NCBI GenBank assembly: GCA_034434875.1
Contig: DAOTYJ010000115.1
Span: 3,213 to 67,212 of the forward strand
Direction of reading: 5' to 3'
Source: Dehalococcoidia bacterium
GTDB taxonomy: Bacteria > Chloroflexota > Dehalococcoidia > JAUQQI01
Length of the DNA: 64,000 bases
Numbering within the stretch: position 1 is the first letter of the stretch; each line of letters begins with the position of its first letter. Below are positions 61,200 to 64,000 of this stretch, piece by piece. The position numbers and the translations under genes are program-made. The notes beneath the pieces were generated by a model. It was not told the origin of the DNA and did not search any database. It saw only the letters and a program-made list of their open reading frames with translations.

Positions 61200-61955
61200 T
61201 TAGCCGAGACTCATGCCGCCGTCAATAAGCAGGACCTGGCCGGTGATGTACCCGGCCGCCTCCGACGCCAGGAAGGCCACCAGCTCGGCCACCTCTTCGG
61301 GCGTCCCAAAGCGGCCCAGGTGAATCCGCTTAAAAAGCTCCGCTTTTACCCGCTCGTTGAGCTTCGTGGTTATGTCGGTCTCGATGAAGCCGGGGGCGAC
61401 GACGTTGGCGGTTATGTTCCGGGAGGCCACCTCCTTGGCCAGGCTCTTGGTAAAACCGATAACCCCGGCCTTGGCCGCCGAGTAGTTGGCCTGCCCCACG
61501 TTGCCGTGCACCCCGACGATGCTGCTCATGTTGATTATCCGGCCCCAGCGCTGCCGGACCATGGGCCGAACCGCCGCCCGGCAGCAGTAGAAGGTACCCC
61601 GCAGGTTTACGTCCATCACCAGGTCCCAGTCGTCGTCGGACATCCGCAAAAGCAGGGTATCCCGAATAAGGCCGGCATTGTTTACCAGGATGTCCAGCCG
61701 GCCGAAACGGTCCAGGGCCTGCTGAATCAGGGCCTCGGCCTCCTCCCGCCGGCTCACGTCGGCCTTAAAGGCGACCGCCTCGCTCCCGCACTTGCAGATG
61801 AGGGATACCACCTCCTCGGCCTCGGCCTGGCTCGTCCGGTAGTTTACCACAACCCTCGCCCCCCGCTCGGCGAGCTTTAAGGCGATGGCCCGGCCGATGC
61901 CCCGGGAGGACCCGGTGACCACCGCAACCTTCCCGTCGAGACGCAACCGCTCCAC
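61200..61955 (-). CDS. fabG: 3-oxoacyl-ACP reductase
   Basis: GKVAVVTGSSRGIGRAIALKLAERGARVVVNY...NNAGL...YSAAKAGVIGFTKSLAKE (SDR Tyr-x3-Lys). Confidence 0.9.
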   Translation of the reverse strand: MERLRLDGKVAVVTGSSRGIGRAIALKLAERGARVVVNYRTSQAEAEEVVSLICKCGSEAVAFKADVSRREEAEALIQQALDRFGRLDILVNNAGLIRDTLLLRMSDDDWDLVMDVNLRGTFYCCRAAVRPMVRQRWGRIINMSSIVGVHGNVGQANYSAAKAGVIGFTKSLAKEVASRNITANVVAPGFIETDITTKLNERVKAELFKRIHLGRFGTPEEVAELVAFLASEAAGYITGQVLLIDGGMSLG

Positions 61956-61963
61956 GGCCCTTT

Positions 61964-62887
61964 TTAGCTTACCCGCTGGCCCAGGGCGGCCAGGCCGTCG
62001 ATGGCCACGGCCTCGACCCCCTCGTCGATCCGGCGGAGAAGCCCGGTGAGGACTTTGCCCGGTCCCAGCTCGATGAAGCGTCGAACACCCTGCCTGATAA
62101 TATATTCCATCGATTGCTGCCAGCGCACGGGCCGCAGGATCTGCTCCCGCAGTTCGGCCCGAATTTCGTCGGGACTCACCATGGGCCGGGCGGTGATGTT
62201 GGCCACCACGGGCACCTGGGCCGGCCGCAAAGGGGCCGCGTCGATGAGGGGCCGCAGCCCCTCGGCCGCCGGGGCCATCACCCGGGAATGGAAGGCTCCG
62301 CTGACGTTGAGAAAAACCACCCGGCGGGCCCCCAGCCTTCGGGCCAGGTCGGCGGCCCGGCCGAGGGCCTCTTTGGGGCCGCTGATAACGACCTGGCCGG
62401 GGGCATTGTAGTTGGCCACCTCAACCCCGGCCTCGGCGCAAACTTGCAAAACCGCCTCCTCGGCCAGGCCCAGAACGGCGGCCATGCCGCTGGGGGTGGC
62501 CTCCGAGGCCGCCTGCATAAGCCGGCCCCGCTCCCGAACCAGCTTAAGGCCGGCTTCGAAATCCAGGGCCCCGGCCGCCACCAGGGCGGTGTATTCCCCG
62601 AGGCTGTGGCCGGCCACAAAACCCACCTGGTCCGGCAGGCGAACAACCCCGGCTTCCCGGGCGGCGGCCAGGCAGGCCAGGCTGGTGACGAAGATGGCCG
62701 GCTGGGCGTTCTCCGTCCGGGTGAGGGCCTCTTCGGGCCCCGCAAAGCAGAGGCGGCTCAGCCCGAAGCCTAAGAGCCGGTCGGCCCGGGAAAAGAGCTC
62801 CCGGGCGGCCGGCGAAGCCGCGTAAAGGTCCCGGCCCATCCCCACCGCCTGGGAACCCTGGCCCGGGAAGAGGAGGGCGACCCTCAC
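61964..62887 (-). CDS. fabD: malonyl CoA-ACP transacylase
   Basis: ALLFPGQGSQAVGM...TENAQPAIFVTSLA...VAGHSLGEYTALVAAGAL (GHSLG active site). Confidence 0.9.
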   Translation of the reverse strand: MRVALLFPGQGSQAVGMGRDLYAASPAARELFSRADRLLGFGLSRLCFAGPEEALTRTENAQPAIFVTSLACLAAAREAGVVRLPDQVGFVAGHSLGEYTALVAAGALDFEAGLKLVRERGRLMQAASEATPSGMAAVLGLAEEAVLQVCAEAGVEVANYNAPGQVVISGPKEALGRAADLARRLGARRVVFLNVSGAFHSRVMAPAAEGLRPLIDAAPLRPAQVPVVANITARPMVSPDEIRAELREQILRPVRWQQSMEYIIRQGVRRFIELGPGKVLTGLLRRIDEGVEAVAIDGLAALGQRVS

Positions 62888-62894
62888 CGCGGCC

Positions 62895-63077
62895 TCAGCC
62901 CTCGACTTCCAGGACCTGCCGGCCGCGGTAGTAGCCGCAGTGGGGGCAGACCTGGTGGGACGGCCGGAGGCGGTGGCAGCGGGGGCACGGGACCAGGTGG
63001 CGCGGGTCCACCTTAAAATGGGCCCGGCGGTTTGCCGTTCGGCGCTTGCTGGGTTTCTTCTTCGGTACGGCTCCCAC
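62895..63077 (-). CDS. rpmF: 50S ribosomal protein L32
   Basis: 60 aa; AVPKKKPSKRRTANRRAH...CPRCHRLRPSHQVCPHCGYY (zinc-ribbon L32). Confidence 0.9.
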   Translation of the reverse strand: MGAVPKKKPSKRRTANRRAHFKVDPRHLVPCPRCHRLRPSHQVCPHCGYYRGRQVLEVEG

Positions 63078-63097
63078 TTTGCCGACTCCTTTCGGGT

Positions 63098-63625
63098 TCA
63101 GGCGCTGTTAGACAGGCCGTTGAGCAGTTTGGCCAGGGCCGCCAGGCGGGGGTCAACCGCTTCCCGGGGGCAGTCGCACCCGCCCAGGTTCAGGTTTTGG
63201 CCGCAGGTCGGGCAGAGGCCGGCGCAGTCCGGCCGGCAGAGAACCCGGATGGGGGTGTTTATCACCGTGTACTGGCGGATGGCCTCCTTAAAGTCCAGGA
63301 TGTGGTTTTCGTCGATGAGGAACGCCGAATCGTCCTCGGGCAGGGGCAGAAGCGCCCCGGTGACGATATCCCGGGTCGGCAGGTATTCCTCTTCGAAGGC
63401 GAACTCCAGCTCGGTGTCAAACTCCTCCAGGCAGCGGCTGCACTGGCAGTGGACTTCTACCCGGGCGGTCCCCTGGACGAGAATCCCCCGGTTGGTGCGG
63501 GTCAGGAGCACCCTGGCCACGGCCCGCCGGGGAAGCCCATCCACCGGCTCCAGCCGCTCGTCGAACTGGTAGCTTCGGGTCGAACCGACGGCCTGTTTTA
63601 ATAGCTGGGCAACGTTATACTGCAT
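63098..63625 (-). CDS. yceD: YceD/DUF177 family protein (23S rRNA accumulation protein), upstream partner of rpmF
   Basis: ORF 63098-63700 trimmed to the ATG at 63625; C-terminal CRPDCAGLCPTCGQNLNLGGCDC cysteine cluster typical of YceD. Confidence 0.75.
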   Translation of the reverse strand: MQYNVAQLLKQAVGSTRSYQFDERLEPVDGLPRRAVARVLLTRTNRGILVQGTARVEVHCQCSRCLEEFDTELEFAFEEEYLPTRDIVTGALLPLPEDDSAFLIDENHILDFKEAIRQYTVINTPIRVLCRPDCAGLCPTCGQNLNLGGCDCPREAVDPRLAALAKLLNGLSNSA

Positions 63626-64000
63626 TCCGACCAACCCTCCTTCCCGCGACCTGGGAGCGCTCCGCCGCCCCGAGACCCTTTTTGACCGCCGCCAGGGCAT
63701 TGGTGAGCCGGCCCTCCAGGTCGGTCAGGACCTCCCGGACGTAGCGGTCGGCCTCGGCCTCCCGCCGGGCCGCCTCCTCCTCGGCCCGGGCCACCAGCTC
63801 GGCGGCCCGCCGGCGGGCCTCTTCGACGAGCCGCTCGGCTTCCCGCTCGGCCGCCTGCCGGAGCTCGGCCGCCTGCCGCTGGGCGATGAGGACGACCTCG
63901 CTCTGGCTGGCCTTGGCCTCGGCGTACCGCCGGGCTTCGGCCAGCATCTGCTCGGCCTCGGCCCGGGCCTGCTCCAGGATGCGCTCCCGCTCCTGCAGGA
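63615..64000 (-). CDS. Ala/Glu/Arg-rich coiled-coil protein, F-ATPase b-subunit-like or DivIVA-like; partial, reading frame continues past the window end
   Basis: ...ILEQARAEAEQMLAEARRYAEAKASQSEVVLIAQRQAAELRQAAEREAERLVEEARRRAAELVARAEEEAARREAEADRYVREVL; no stop before position 64000 in this frame. Confidence 0.4.
   Translation of the reverse strand, partial: LQERERILEQARAEAEQMLAEARRYAEAKASQSEVVLIAQRQAAELRQAAEREAERLVEEARRRAAELVARAEEEAARREAEADRYVREVLTDLEGRLTNALAAVKKGLGAAERSQVAGRRVGRNAV

Overview
This is a 64-kb window of very high-GC (about 70%) bacterial chromosome. Genes are tightly packed and often overlap by 1-25 nt. Gene order resembles a high-GC thermophilic Firmicute (rpsB-tsf-pyrH-frr-uppS; yceD-rpmF-fabD-fabG), but the organism is not identified. 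No rRNA, tRNA, CRISPR array, transposase or integrase was recognised by eye. Because of the GC content, every strand carries long Gly/Pro/Arg-rich 'ORFs'; these were discarded when they lie antisense to a protein with clear family signatures.

Content from start to end:
- (i) 10-2306: LivM-type permease and a frameshifted LivK-type binding protein.
- (ii) 2357-4248: DedA, GNAT and a standalone PAS protein.
- (iii) 4421-7977: an orphan form-II CoxL-like molybdopterin hydroxylase large subunit, translationally coupled to a class-III CoA-transferase.
- (iv) 7971-28275: a roughly 20-kb, 19-gene, single-strand glycan biosynthesis operon. It encodes a WbaP-like initiating transferase, the ADP-heptose pathway enzymes HldA (kinase) and GmhA, a GT9 heptosyltransferase, three GT4 glycosyltransferases, a SAM methyltransferase, UDP-xylose synthase, two Wzy_C/O-antigen-ligase-like proteins, a GT-C (ArnT/PMT-like) transferase, a clan GH-A hydrolase, an embedded RsmG-like methyltransferase, an FAD oxidoreductase and two UPF0104 flippase-like proteins.
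- (v) 28378-33553: a divergent operon whose promoter overlaps that of (iv). It encodes a zincin-like peptidase, a membrane protein, heptose-1-P adenylyltransferase (HldC), MurJ, TerC and a Tat-exported hydrolase-like protein.
- (vi) 33520-37760: a catabolic triad of aldehyde dehydrogenase, D-aminoacylase and an enolase-superfamily enzyme.
- (vii) 37824-41579: clpB followed by an eRF1/Pelota-like (baeRF1 / Host_attach-type) zinc-ribbon protein. I rank this, together with the glycan divergon, as the most interesting candidate for an undescribed system.
- (viii) 41667-46909: CoA-transferase, an APC permease-USP fusion, yjbQ and hslU without hslV.
- (ix) 47029-50415: rpsB-tsf-pyrH-frr-uppS.
- (x) 50418-55670: an FAD oxidase, DapA-family enzyme, amidohydrolase, LmbE deacetylase and O-methyltransferase set.
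- (xi) 55829-64000: hemB, citrate synthase, rph, a PT-rich anchored protein, tatC, acpP, nusB, fabG, fabD, rpmF, yceD and a partial coiled-coil gene.
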